This document shows positions 38,196-49,028 of a DNA stretch of 64,000 nt, one piece after another (position 1 is the stretch's first letter; every line of letters starts with the position of its first letter). Origin of the DNA: Leucoraja erinacea (Eukaryota); contig NC_073409.1 of NCBI RefSeq assembly GCF_028641065.1, positions 62,001 through 126,000 of the forward strand, read 5' to 3'. The notes under the pieces were generated by a model. That model made no database searches, was not told the origin of the DNA, and saw only the letters and a list, made by a program, of their open reading frames with translations. The position numbers were made by a program, and so were the translations under genes.

Positions 38196-39009
38196 GAGGG
38201 CTTCCAGTTTGGGGGATGGGGAGACTGGTAGAGTAGGGGAAGGGGGGAGAGAGAGGGGGAGACGGAGTGGGGGCAGGTGCGTGGGGGGGAGTGAGTGAGG
38301 GTCAGGTGGGAGGGTGAGTGCGGGGAGAGCTGGGCTCCAGTCTGAGAGGGGGAGGGGGTGGTGGAGAGGAGAGGAGAGATTGTGGAGGGAGGAGGAGATT
38401 GGTGCTGGAGGGGGAGTTGCAGTGAGAAATTTTGAGCTAAAACCATTTTCTTTGAATTTCCCCCTTACCTCGTTTCATTTGCATTCTTATCCTTTTACTC
38501 TGTGAAACAAAAATCTAAATTGCATTAGAATGTTTAACTACAAACCAATATAGACTATTTGGCTTCCTTCTGTATCATAGCTTGAAGGAATAAAGCAGGT
38601 GCAGGGATGCAATTAACAAGGAAATTAATAGCAAAAAAGCTGCATCAAAAATAATTACTAGTAAAATCAAGGTAAATCTGAAGGTGCTTAATGTACAGAT
38701 TTGAACAAAAACAGAAAATATTTCTAACAATTCAGCAGGTCTAGCAGCATCTGTGAGAAGAGAAACCATCAACATTTTGGGTCTGGACTGGAAAGGGAAA
38801 ATACACACTGATTTTCAGTAGGAGGGGAGGTCAGGGAGAGATGGATAGAACAAATGTGATACAATGAGTGAAAATGGCTTACTAGTAGTAGTTACTGCCA
38901 CATTAGGTTTCATGGTCTGTGTAATGAGTTGTTAATGTGAGACTTGCCTGTCCGGCTACACCTGCTGAGTTTGTGCACAATTTGTATATCTTCAGCATCT
39001 GCAGTTTTG

Positions 39010-40120
39010 GAAACATAGAAAATAGGTGCAGGAGTAGGCCATTCAGCCCTTTGAGCCAGCACCACCATTCATTGTGATCATGGCTGATCATCCAGAATCA
39101 GTAGATTCTGCTTTCTCTCCATAACCTTTGATTCTGTTTCCCTAGGAGCAATATCCAACTCTCTTGAATACATCCAGTGAATTGGCCTCCACTGCCTTCT
39201 GTGGCAGAGAATTCCACAGATTCACAACTGGGTGAAAAGGTCTTTCCTCATCTCAGTCCTAAACCCTTATTTGTAAACTATGACCCCTGGATCTGGACTC
39301 CTCCAACATCGAGAACATTTTTCCTGCATCTAACCTGTATAATCCCTTAATAATTTTACATATTTCTATAATATCCCTTCTCATCCTTCAAAATTCCAGT
39401 GAATACAAGCCTATTCAATCCATTCTTTTATCATAATTTATTTCATTCTTTCGATCAATTTCCCTCCTGGGATAAATAAAGTTCTATCATATTGTATATC
39501 CCTGTCCCGTCATCCCGGGAATTAATCTAGTGAACCTAAACTGCACTCCCTCAATAGCAGGAATGTCCTTCTTCAAATTAGGAGACCAAAAACTGCACAC
39601 AATACTCCAGGTGTGGTCTCACCAGGACCCTGTACAACTGCAGTAGGACCTCTTTGCTCCTATATTCAAATCCCCTCTGAATTGAAGGCCAACATGTCAT
39701 TAGCTTTCTTTACTGCCTACTGACCCTGCATGCTTACTTTCAGTGACTCATGTACAAGGACACTCAGGTCTCGTTGTACTTCCCCTTTTCCTAATCTGAC
39801 ACCATAGATTTTTGTCTACCATTCAGATAATAATCTGCATTCTTGTTCTTGCCAGCAAAGTAGATAACCTCACATTTATTCACATTGTTATACTGCATCT
39901 GCCCAGTCATCCAATTTATCCAAGTCACCCTGCAGCCTCATAGTATCCTCCTTGCAGCTCACGCTGCCACCAAGCTTTGTGTCATTCACAAATGGAGATG
40001 TTACATTTAATTCCTTCGTCTAGATCGATAATATATTGTAAATAACTGGGGTCCCAGCTTTAAGTTTTGCGGCACCCTACTGGTCTCTGCCGGCCATTCT
40101 GAAATGGACCAGTTAATTCC
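39010..40120 (-). mobile_element. CR1 LINE 3' ~1.1 kb in SELENOS intron 1
   Basis: Same subfamily as 44032-44850: (TTTCTATG) tail and VRPHLEYCVQF motif. Confidence 0.85.
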
Positions 40121-41459
40121 TATAGTTTTGAACAAATGTATTTAATCTTTTAATGGGAGAAATATTATACGTATGGAAAAGGTGACACCACTGGAAATGC
40201 TAAATAAGGATAATTAAAAAGGATTGTCAACTTTACAGAGTGGCTCAGGTGTATTTTAAATGCTTAAGTGAACCACAGGAGGAAATTGTACCAGATATGT
40301 GGTATTTTCAAGGCGCAGATAGGTTGGTGTCAGCCAACTGGAAACTGCTGGTGTGCCGTAGTTTGAAAAGGGAGAAAGCACCAGGCTGAGGAACCTTGGG
40401 CCGGTCAACCTTCTGTTGGTCACTGAGGGTGAAGATAATTGTTGGAGAGTTCGAGGGAATTGAGAAATAATTATTTTACTCAACTGCCTGTGAAGTTGAT
40501 GGAAGCATGGCATTTAAGTATTAATAAGCAAACTGCTAGATAAATTCAGTGGGTTGAGCAGTATCCGCAGGGGGAAAGAAATTTGCTGTGCCACCAGAAG
40601 TTTTCTTTTTTTGCTCCAGATTCAAGCATCTGCAGTCTCTTGTTTGAAGCAGTTCCTGGATAAGTACCTTTAAGTTGCTTCATCGGTAGCACTGGTTAAC
40701 TAAATGGGATTAAGCTATATCCTGTGTTTGGCTAGCCCAAGTTTGAAGGGCCGAATAGGGTTGCGTTGTCCCGCAAGGTCCTGAGTCCCTGCAGTCCCAT
40801 TTCCCTTGGCCCTGTTTACATTATCCATGCTCCTCATGAATTTGTACACTTCCACTAGGTCACACCTGAGCCTTCAATACTCCTCAGACAAAAGTCCCAG
40901 CCTATCCCTGTAACACAACCCCTTAATCATTAAAATATTAAAAAAAGTTCCAGCATTGACTCCTTGGAGGTGCCAATATCTGAGAAACAGCCATTTTACA
41001 CCACACTCCATCTGACTTTCCTAACCATGCTGTGATAGATCCTGTAATTCCATGGGGCTAACGGGCCTTCTGAAAATTCATGTGGTCAACATCTTACACA
41101 ATTCTTTAAGCTTCCTTTGTTATCTCACCAAAAAACATTCAGTCAGGTCAGTTAAACATAATTGTTCTTTATTATATCGGGGTCCTCTTTATCAAATGAA
41201 CCTTTACCAAGTGCCTATTAATATTTTCTCTGATAATTGTCATTAAAAGCTGTTCCACAACTGAGAAACTGATTGGCCTGTAGTTGTCTGATAAATCTGT
41301 AGACGTTTTCTGAACACTCCATTCTGACCTAACTAGACAAGCAGGGCAGAATACTTTCCACAGATGGAAATCTCTGTACACCGTAAGAGACTGAACCTAT
41401 TTTCATTCCATACCCATGGGGTCACCTGGTGAAGTTTGGGCAGGGACATCATCAGTCAG

Positions 41460-42057
41460 AGTATTGATTATAGAAGTTGGAAAGGTCATGTTGCAATTGT
41501 ATAAGACGTTCATGAGAACGCATTTAGAATATTGTGATCAGTTCTGGGCACCGTTATAGAAAGATATTGTCAAGCTGGAAAGGGTTCAGAGAAAGTTTAC
41601 AAGGATGTTGCCAGGACTAGAGGGTGTGAGCTATAGGGAGAGGTTGAGTAGGCTTGGTCTCTATTCCTTGGAGCGCACGTCGAGGAGGGGTGATCTTATA
41701 GAAGTGTATAAAATCATGAGATGAATTGATCGGATAGATGCACAGAATCTCTTGCCCAGAGTAGGGGAATAGAGGGCTTAGGTTCAAGGCGAAGAAGAAA
41801 AGATTTAATAAGAATCTGAGGGGTAACTTTTTCACACAAAGGGTGGTGGGTGTATGGAACAAGCTGCCAGAGAAGGTAGTTGAGGATGGGACTATCCCAA
41901 CATTTAAGAAACAGTTAGACAAGTACATGGATAGGACGGGTTCAGAGGGATACGGGCCAAGCACGGGCAAGTGGGACTAGTGTAGCTGGGACATTTTGGC
42001 CGGTGTGTGCAAGTTGAGCCGAAGGGCCAGTTTCCACATTGTATCACTCTATGACTC
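41460..42057 (+). mobile_element. CR1 LINE 3' fragment in SELENOS intron 1
   Basis: KLERVQRKFTRMLPGLEGVSYRERL; CR1 3' UTR. Confidence 0.85.
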
Positions 42058-42181
42058 CATAACTCCAATTTGTTCCCCAGCTACTCCTTGTATCAGGCCA
42101 ACCTACCTGAGGTGTTTTAGCTGTCTAGACGATATTCATGTGTGGGTAAAATGTCAGCATTTGTTTCTGTTTCCCTTTCAG

Positions 42182-42325
42182 TGACACAGTTGCTCCACAT
42201 CCTTTCGGAATATGGCTGGTATATCTTCTTCAGCTGCGTGGCTGGCTACTTTGTCCTTCAGAGAATTGGTTCCATAATGCGATTGAAGAGCCGCCAGCAG
42301 CCACAGGCCACGGAGGCTGAACTTG
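42182..42325 (+). CDS. SELENOS: SELENOS exon 2 (transmembrane segment)
   Basis: VTQLLHILSEYGWYIFFSCVAGYFVLQRI... matches SelS YGWYIVFSC; tttcag/gtacag; 144 nt. Confidence 0.93.
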
Positions 42326-42449
42326 GTACAGAATTTTACAATATTTTACTTTAACGGGCATTTTTTAACTTTTATCCAGATTCTAAACTGAATTAATACA
42401 TTTGTAATCTACAAGTGAGAATTGAATTTCAAAATGCAAGGAATCTTCG

Positions 42450-42901
42450 GCTGGAGTAACTCAGCGGGTCAGGCAGCATCTGTGGAGAACGTGGATAGGT
42501 GACGTTTCACAGAGTGCTGGAGTAACTCAGAGAGTCAGGCAGCATCTGTGGAGAACATGGATAGGTGACGTTTCACAGAGTGCTGGAGTAACTCAGCGGG
42601 TCAGGCAGCATCTGTGGAGAACATGGATAGGTGACGTTTCACAGAGTGCTGGAGTAACTCAGCCGGTCAGGCAGCATCTGTGGAGAACATGGATAGGTGA
42701 CGTTTCACAGAGTGCTGGAGTAACTCAGCAGGTCAGGCAGCATCTGTGGAGAACATGGATGGGTGACGTTTCACAGAGTGCTGGAGTAACTCAGCGGGTC
42801 AGGCAGCATCTGTGGAGAACATGGATAGGTGACATTTCACAGAGTGCTGGAGTAACTCAGCGGGTCAGGCAGCATCAGTGGAGAACATGGATAGGTGACG
42901 T
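42450..42901 (+). repeat. 66-bp tandem array (~7 copies) derived from the Penelope terminal repeat
   Basis: Unit agagtgctggagtaactcagcgggtcaggcagcatctgtggagaacatggataggtgacgtttcac starts at 42511, 42577, 42643, 42709, 42775 and 42841, with a partial copy before them. Confidence 0.95.
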
Positions 42902-43863
42902 GAACAGGAATGGGTGGTCGGGGGTCCGGACCTTCTTCAGACAGGAATAAAATAGTTTGTAGACGGCTCCCAACCTGAAACGCCACCAACCTTTTTCTTC
43001 TGAGATGCTGACTGACTCGTTGAGTTACTCCAGCACTCAGTGTCTATCTTCTGTATAAACCAGCACCTGCAGTTAATTTTTACATAAATCTTGGGCTGGA
43101 TTGGCTTGTGATTGACTAAAGTTTATTTCATGCTCTGGATTTGAATCTGTTTATTAGGGGCTACAGACCTTTTATTGGATGCTCGAAGTAGACATTGATG
43201 TGATAGTCAGAATGGCTTCTTGTACCGTATATTTTTTTATCATTCTGCAAACTTCTATTTGCTTTGTCATTGATAAGACAGGTTGATTGGTAGGGTGCAA
43301 AGTCGTTTTATGAGGATGTTTCTGGGACTGGAGGGTTTGCATTATGATAACTGATCCACACAAAAGGACACACAGTGCTGGAGTAACTCAGCTGGTCAGG
43401 CAGCATCTACGGGGAACATGGATAGATCCCGCTTCAGACTAATCCCTACAAGCTGGGTTCATGACATCCATTTGAGAAGGTTGAGCATATTATTAGAATT
43501 TATTATTTCTACTATATTTTCTCATCATATTTTAAGAGTTTTTGGAATAATTTTACATTTGAACTTTGATGCCATTGGACTTCAATTGTGATTTGATGGT
43601 GGTTTGTTAGTTTCACATTGTGGACAACCCACCTTCTAGATGTAACAGAAAACTCAGTAAATCATTGTCTTTGGACAGAAATGTAGTCTTCTCTCTGGTC
43701 AATTTATTAAGTTTGTCTTAGTTCTGCATTCATAAGAATTATTTGATCTATATTTCATAATATCGGATATGAACTATTCCTATGCCTATTCCTAAAGGTA
43801 AAATCTATTTTGCTTAAGGTTGGAGCTTCTTTAAATGTATTAATGTATTCTCCTTGTGTCCAG

Positions 43864-43970
43864 AACCATCATTAATTGTGAGACGGCAGGAAGCAATGGA
43901 TGCTGCTCGGCATCGCATGCAGCAAGAACTGGATTCCCAAGCAGCGAAATACAAAGAGAAACAGAAAGAA
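43864..43970 (+). CDS. SELENOS: SELENOS exon 3 (p97/VCP-interacting region)
   Basis: EPSLIVRRQEAMDAARHRMQQELDSQAAKYKEKQKE; gtccag/gtaagg; 107 nt. Confidence 0.96.
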
Positions 43971-44031
43971 GTAAGGGCGCATCAAATCATTTGGTCCTGA
44001 TGGTAAAATGAAAGCCCATGCAAACAGATCT

Positions 44032-44850
44032 GAACATAGAAACATAGAAATTAGGTGCAGGAGTAGGCCATTCAGCCCTTCGAGCCTGCACCGCCATTCA
44101 ATATGATCATGGCTGATCATCCAACTCAGTATCCCGTACCTGCCTTCTCTCCATACCCCCTGATCCCCTTAGCCACAAGGGCCACATCTAACTCCCTCTT
44201 AAATATAGCCAATGAACTGGCCTCAACTACCCTCTGTGGCAGAGAGTTCCAGAGATTCACCACTCTCTGTGTGAAAAAAGTTCTTCTCATCTCGGTTTTA
44301 AAGGATTTCCCCCTTATCCTTAAGCTGTGACCCCTTGTCCTGGACTTCCCCAACATCGGGAACAATCTTCCTGCATCTAGCCTGTCCAACCCCTTAAGAA
44401 TTTCGTAAGTTTCTATAAGATCCCCTCTCAATCTCCTAAATTCTAGAGAGTATAAACCAAGTCTATCCAGTCTTTCTTCATAAGACAGTCCTGACATCCC
44501 AGGAATCAGTCTGGTGAACCTTCTCTGCACTCCCTCTATGGCAATAATGTCCTTCCTCAGATTTGGAGACCAAAACTGTACGCAATACTCCAGGTGTGGT
44601 CTCACCAAGACCCTGTACAACTGCAGTAGGACCTCCCTGCTCCTATACTCAAATCCTTTTGCAATGAAAGCTAACATACCATTCGCTTTCTTTACTGCCT
44701 GCTGCACCTGCATGTGTACCTTCAATGACTGGTGTACCATGACACCCAGGTCTCGCTGCATCTCCCCCTTTCCCAATAGGCCATCATTTAGATAATAGTC
44801 TGCTTTCCCGTTTTTGCCACCAAAATGGATAACCTCACATTTATCCACAT
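44032..44850 (-). mobile_element. Young CR1 LINE 3' fragment with an open RT C-terminal frame, in SELENOS intron 3
   Basis: ORF 44126-44896 (KCEVIHFG...LVRPHLEYCVQFWSP...WNSLP) and a (TTTCTATG)n tail. Confidence 0.92.
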
Positions 44851-45393
44851 CAGTACATGCAGCACGGGCTGACAATGCACGCATTATGTGTTCCACGGGT
44901 GTGGGAATTGTAAGCCAGGGGAAAACAAGGATTTAAAAATTGTGATTTTAAATATCCTTTGTCAAAGGCTGGGAATAGATTCGGAAGTCATTTAGTCAAG
45001 CATGTATAAAAGGAATAATATGAAGGGCTGTGAGTTTAGTCGGAAGTCAATGGAGGCGTGTTGGACTGGACAACTTCTGTACAATGTATCATCCCAGAAA
45101 GTTAGCAAACTGCGGGGAGAACTGAGAATGGGATTTGTTTAGTAGATTGCTGAGATGTTAGGAACATGGAAGATGTAATTTAATTTGGATGATTCTGATG
45201 TGGTAGATTTTTTGAAGAAGAAAACTAAGATTAAGAGCTAACAAGTAAACTAACAATGGTAAATGAACAAGTGGATGTGTGCAGCATTGGGCTAATTTGT
45301 TACTGTAAGACTGAATAAGACTCATTGGTTCAAGCTGTGCAGATTCGGCTCTGGGGCGGTGGCTATTTGACCTTGTTGTTTTCTTTAATGCAG

Positions 45394-45483
45394 GTTGAAG
45401 AAGAGAAAAGAAGGGAGAAAATCCAAGCCTGGGAAAATTTGCAAGAAGGAAAGAGCACCCGGAGGAAACCAATCACAGATCCT
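45394..45483 (+). CDS. SELENOS: SELENOS exon 4
   Basis: VEEEKRREKIQAWENLQEGKSTRRKPITDP; atgcag/gtaaca; 90 nt. Confidence 0.93.
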
Positions 45484-45598
45484 GTAACATGATCTTGTTA
45501 TGTTTAGTTATTTACAATTGAGATGTCGTTAATGTATAATGTTCATGTTTATGAGATGAATAGGGCTAATTAGTTGTTTTATCATTGTTTGATATCAG

Positions 45599-45662
45599 GA
45601 GCCAGAATCCAACACACCAAGAGCAACAAAACCCAAATCTGACAAGAAGCCCTTGAGAGGAG
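45599..45662 (+). CDS. SELENOS: SELENOS exon 5
   Basis: EPESNTPRATKPKSDKKPLRG; tatcag/gtgagt; 64 nt. Confidence 0.93.
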
Positions 45663-46019
45663 GTGAGTGTTCCTAATCACCAAGTACTCACTGGTGTGGA
45701 GTCAAGTGTTCAGGGGAACAGCAACCATGTTTACATGGACATTGAATACTTTAACCCTGCATTTTATTCTCTGTTTCGAACAAATATTGCCAGGATATCC
45801 GCCTTAAGTTGTGGCAGAGTTGATTAATAGCTCCAGTGTATTAGTAGCATTATCACTTCAACGGGCCTTAGGAGTTCATCTGTGACCTGAGTTGATAACC
45901 TGGGTCACCTTGATTATGGTATGACTGATTGAAGCACAATTTCTCTGCCTCCTGCAGTAGTTTAACAGGTACTAGCAACATCATAGTGCATTTAGTAGAA
46001 CTGCTAAATACTAAGTTTC

Positions 46020-46345
46020 TCAGATGCACAAAGAATGCAAAGACTCTTTTGCCCAGACTAGGGAATCAAGATCAGGGGGCATATGTTTAAGGGGAGAGAG
46101 GAAAGATTTAATAGGAAACTGACTGGCACCGTTTTCACATAGGGAGGTGGGTATTAGGAACAAGCTAGAGGAGATAATTGAGGCAGGTACTATATCAACA
46201 TTTAAAAGACATTTGAAGGTACATGGATAGGGAAGGCTTCAAGGGATATAGGCCAAACATGACCAGATGGGCCTAGTGTAGCAGAGGCATCTTGGTCGGC
46301 GTGGGAAAGATGGGCAGAAGGGCCCTTTTCTGTGCTGTATGACTA
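46020..46345 (+). mobile_element. CR1 LINE 3' fragment in SELENOS intron 5
   Basis: Degenerate copy of the CR1 tail seen at 41750-42057. Confidence 0.7.
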
Positions 46346-47370
46346 ACTTTAATCCAAGAAGCCTTGTATTTTAATTCTCTATACTTTTTTTGTATACATT
46401 TAATAGTAACATTTCTGCAGTTAAAATACCAGTTATTTATTTTGTCAATTTTTAATCCCTGTTGTACTTTGGAAAGCCAAATCAGTTGATCCTCAGAAGC
46501 TTACCTGTGGGGGTCACTCATCTTTACCTCCCCTCCCTCCCAACTTCCATGAACTTTCTTGAATCTGAGTGTGTGATGCCTTTCACTAATTATGGAAGTT
46601 AGTGCAGGTTGCAAGCCTTGGGATTCAATTTATCTTCTTTACAAAAGCAATTCTCCCTGCGGTCCAAAGTTTGGTCTAGTGTTTAATTGCCTGTAACACA
46701 ATACATATAAATAATATATAATGGACAAATTCAATCAATTAATAAAGAAAATGTCCAAGTCCTTTGTGCAACCAAAGATAGTCCATAGTCCATTGGTTAG
46801 AGTTGAAGAGCCTGATGGTTGTTGGGAAGAAACTATTGTTTAACCTGATGGTCACGGTTTTCGACTCCCATGCCTTCCCGATGTTGGAGTGAAATGAGAG
46901 CATTGCTTGGGTGGTGTAGGTCCTTTTGCGGTTGCACCTCCCGTCTGGTCTGTTCTCCTGCTGTGGATGCATCAGATAATGTACACTCTGTTCACCACCT
47001 TGTGGTCACCCTGCTGCTCTCAATAATACTTCCATATATATTGACCTTGGGGGAGTACAGATTCACTAGCTGAGGGCCATTTGGATGGCAGTGATGTCTC
47101 CATGTATTGTACCTGTCTTCATATGTAATCTCAGAACTCCAGTAAAGAGACCCACACGCACAAACAGACATCTGCGGTGTAAGACTTAGTTTTTTTAATT
47201 CTTTCACTGAATGTGCCACTGCCAATGGTGGCACATTGATCATTTCTAAATATTTGGCACTCATCCACTTAGGTACCCAATGTACTACCATACCCCATGT
47301 CACAAAGTGTGATTTTCTGACTGCTCCATGCTCTTTGAAATGTCACAGTATTTTGCTGTTGGTCTTTCAG

Positions 47371-47456
47371 GTTTTAATCCCCTGACGGGTGACGGCGGTG
47401 GTTCGTGTTTGTGGAGACCAGGTCACAGAGGGCCTTCTTCTGGAGCGTGAGGTTAG
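47371..47456 (+). CDS. SELENOS: SELENOS exon 6 with Sec codon TGA at 47448-47450 ([28 protein letters not shown])
   Basis: tttcag acceptor; penultimate in-frame TGA followed by GGT TAG. The Cys lies 14 residues before Sec, as in human Cys174/Sec188. CDS total 525 nt = 174 aa + stop. Confidence 0.96.
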
Positions 47457-47461
47457 AGAGC

Positions 47462-47490
47462 GGTCAGTGGCGTTACCAGAGCTACTGGCC
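47462..47490 (+). other. Proximal 3' UTR stem-loop of SELENOS
   Basis: GGTCAGTGGC (47462-47471) pairs over 10 bp (two G-U) with GCTACTGGCC (47481-47490) around a 9-nt loop. Confidence 0.7.
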
Positions 47491-47644
47491 ATCTTTGGAC
47501 ACTGTCTACCCTGCTCCCTAGCTTGTCAATTTCAATCATTTTATTTTGTTACAGCTAGTTTCAATTTTCTGTTAGACCTAAATTTTATCATTCACTTTTT
47601 AATGTAAAGAGCATTGTTTACTCAAGTGAAACGTTATATGAATT

Positions 47645-47710
47645 GACAGCTATGAATGATGTTATCCCTGTAAATGGCATTGCCAGCGAGGATCTCTGAA
47701 AATGGGCGTG
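47645..47710 (+). promoter_or_regulatory. SECIS element (type II) of SELENOS
   Basis: ATGA core at 47656-47659; 11-nt helix II arm; AAA at 47672-47674; apical mini-stem TGGC/GCCA; TGA at 47697-47699. It lies ~200 nt after the Sec codon, and ATTAAA signals follow at 47720 and 47733. Confidence 0.88.
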
Positions 47711-48640
47711 GGTAGTGACATTAAAACATCTTATTAAATCTTTGGTTTTGATACCAACATAAATACATTAATTTTGTTTTAGCTGATAATTAAAACCATT
47801 AACTATGTTTGAGATTCCAAATGTTTAATTAGTAGTTATGTTAAGTATATTTTCTATACTGGTTATGGATACCTGAGAAAAAACTTGATTTGTGTGCGTA
47901 TATCTGCATGTGTTTGTTTTTTAATTGTCCTATCTACCTGTGCATGTCTTTATGCTTATGGAAAAGGAAAAGTTTGTGCAGATACATGTATTTTTGTGGA
48001 CAATTCGTTTTTTGTAGATAAGAGAGCTATTTATAGATGAGTGAATATCATTCCATGAACACTTACACATGCTTCTGCAGTTTTGTGTGGATTTCTGTAG
48101 TCTAGTGTGCACATTTCTTTCAATCCATGTGGCTATTTCTATAGAATTGTTTCTGCGCAATGATCTGTGCATGTGTGCTTTCGTTAAAAAGTCTCTAGAA
48201 TAAGCGAGTTCGGTATTCCGACTGCGCATGCCTGGGTCAAAGGTCACTATGCATAAACATTGCTGGAAAGCAGTGGAGCTGTGTACATATACACCTTCAT
48301 TTCTTCCTTTTTTTCCAGGTTTGATTCTTCTGGGTAGAATCAGCTTTCAAACTACGAATTATTGTTTATTGTTCCTTTGTTAAAAACTAAGATTATTTTG
48401 TCATTTTTATTGCTTTATACTTTGGTGAGTGAGCGAGATCGTGCTCGTCTGGGGTCGGGCCCGGAGCTCTGGCGCTGTGGGCGCTGTTGAGTTGCTGCTG
48501 GGCTGTTCCAGTCCCCTCCCGAATGTCTCGTGACTGTCTGGGGGTGGCCAAAGGTGTCGGGCCAGGCATGCAGCCGGCGAGGCAGAGGCAGCCAAATTGC
48601 TGCAGCGCTTTGTGTGTTTCCCCATTGAAGGCTGGTGCTC

Positions 48641-49028
48641 ATAGAAAATAGGTGCAGGAGTAGGCCATTCGGCCCTTCGGGCCTGCACCGCCATTCAATA
48701 TGATCATGGATGATCATCCAACTCGGTATCCTGTACCTGCCTTCTCTCCATACCCCCTGATCCCTTTAGCCACAAAAGCCACATCTAATTCCCTCTTAAA
48801 TATAGCCAATGAACTGGCCTCAACTACCTTCTGTGGCAGAGAATTCCACAGATTCACCACTCTCTGTTTAAAAAAAGATTTTCTCATCTCGGTCCTAAAA
48901 GATTTCCCCCTTATCCTTGAACTGTGACCCTTGTTCTGGACTTCCCCAACATCGGGAACAATCTTCCTGCATCTAGCCTGTCCAACCCCTGAAGAATTTT
49001 GTAAGTTTCTATAAGATCCCCCCCTCAA
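48641..49028 (-). mobile_element. CR1 LINE 3' fragment
   Basis: Near-identical to 44040-44430. Confidence 0.88.

Noticed and set aside
36503-38446. 647-aa (and 342-aa, 163-aa) His/Thr/Tyr/Pro-rich minus-strand ORFs
   Set aside because: These are translations of the GT-rich minisatellite, whose C/A-rich strand rarely forms stop codons. Several frames are open, there is no domain, and they are antisense to SELENOS.
42450-42901. CRISPR-like regularly spaced repeats (also 23-24 kb and 57.3-58.1 kb)
   Set aside because: The units are contiguous with no unique spacers, there are no cas genes, and the context is vertebrate.
44126-44896. 256-aa ORF as a host gene
   Set aside because: It is the C-terminal part of CR1 ORF2, 5' truncated, with no RT catalytic core.
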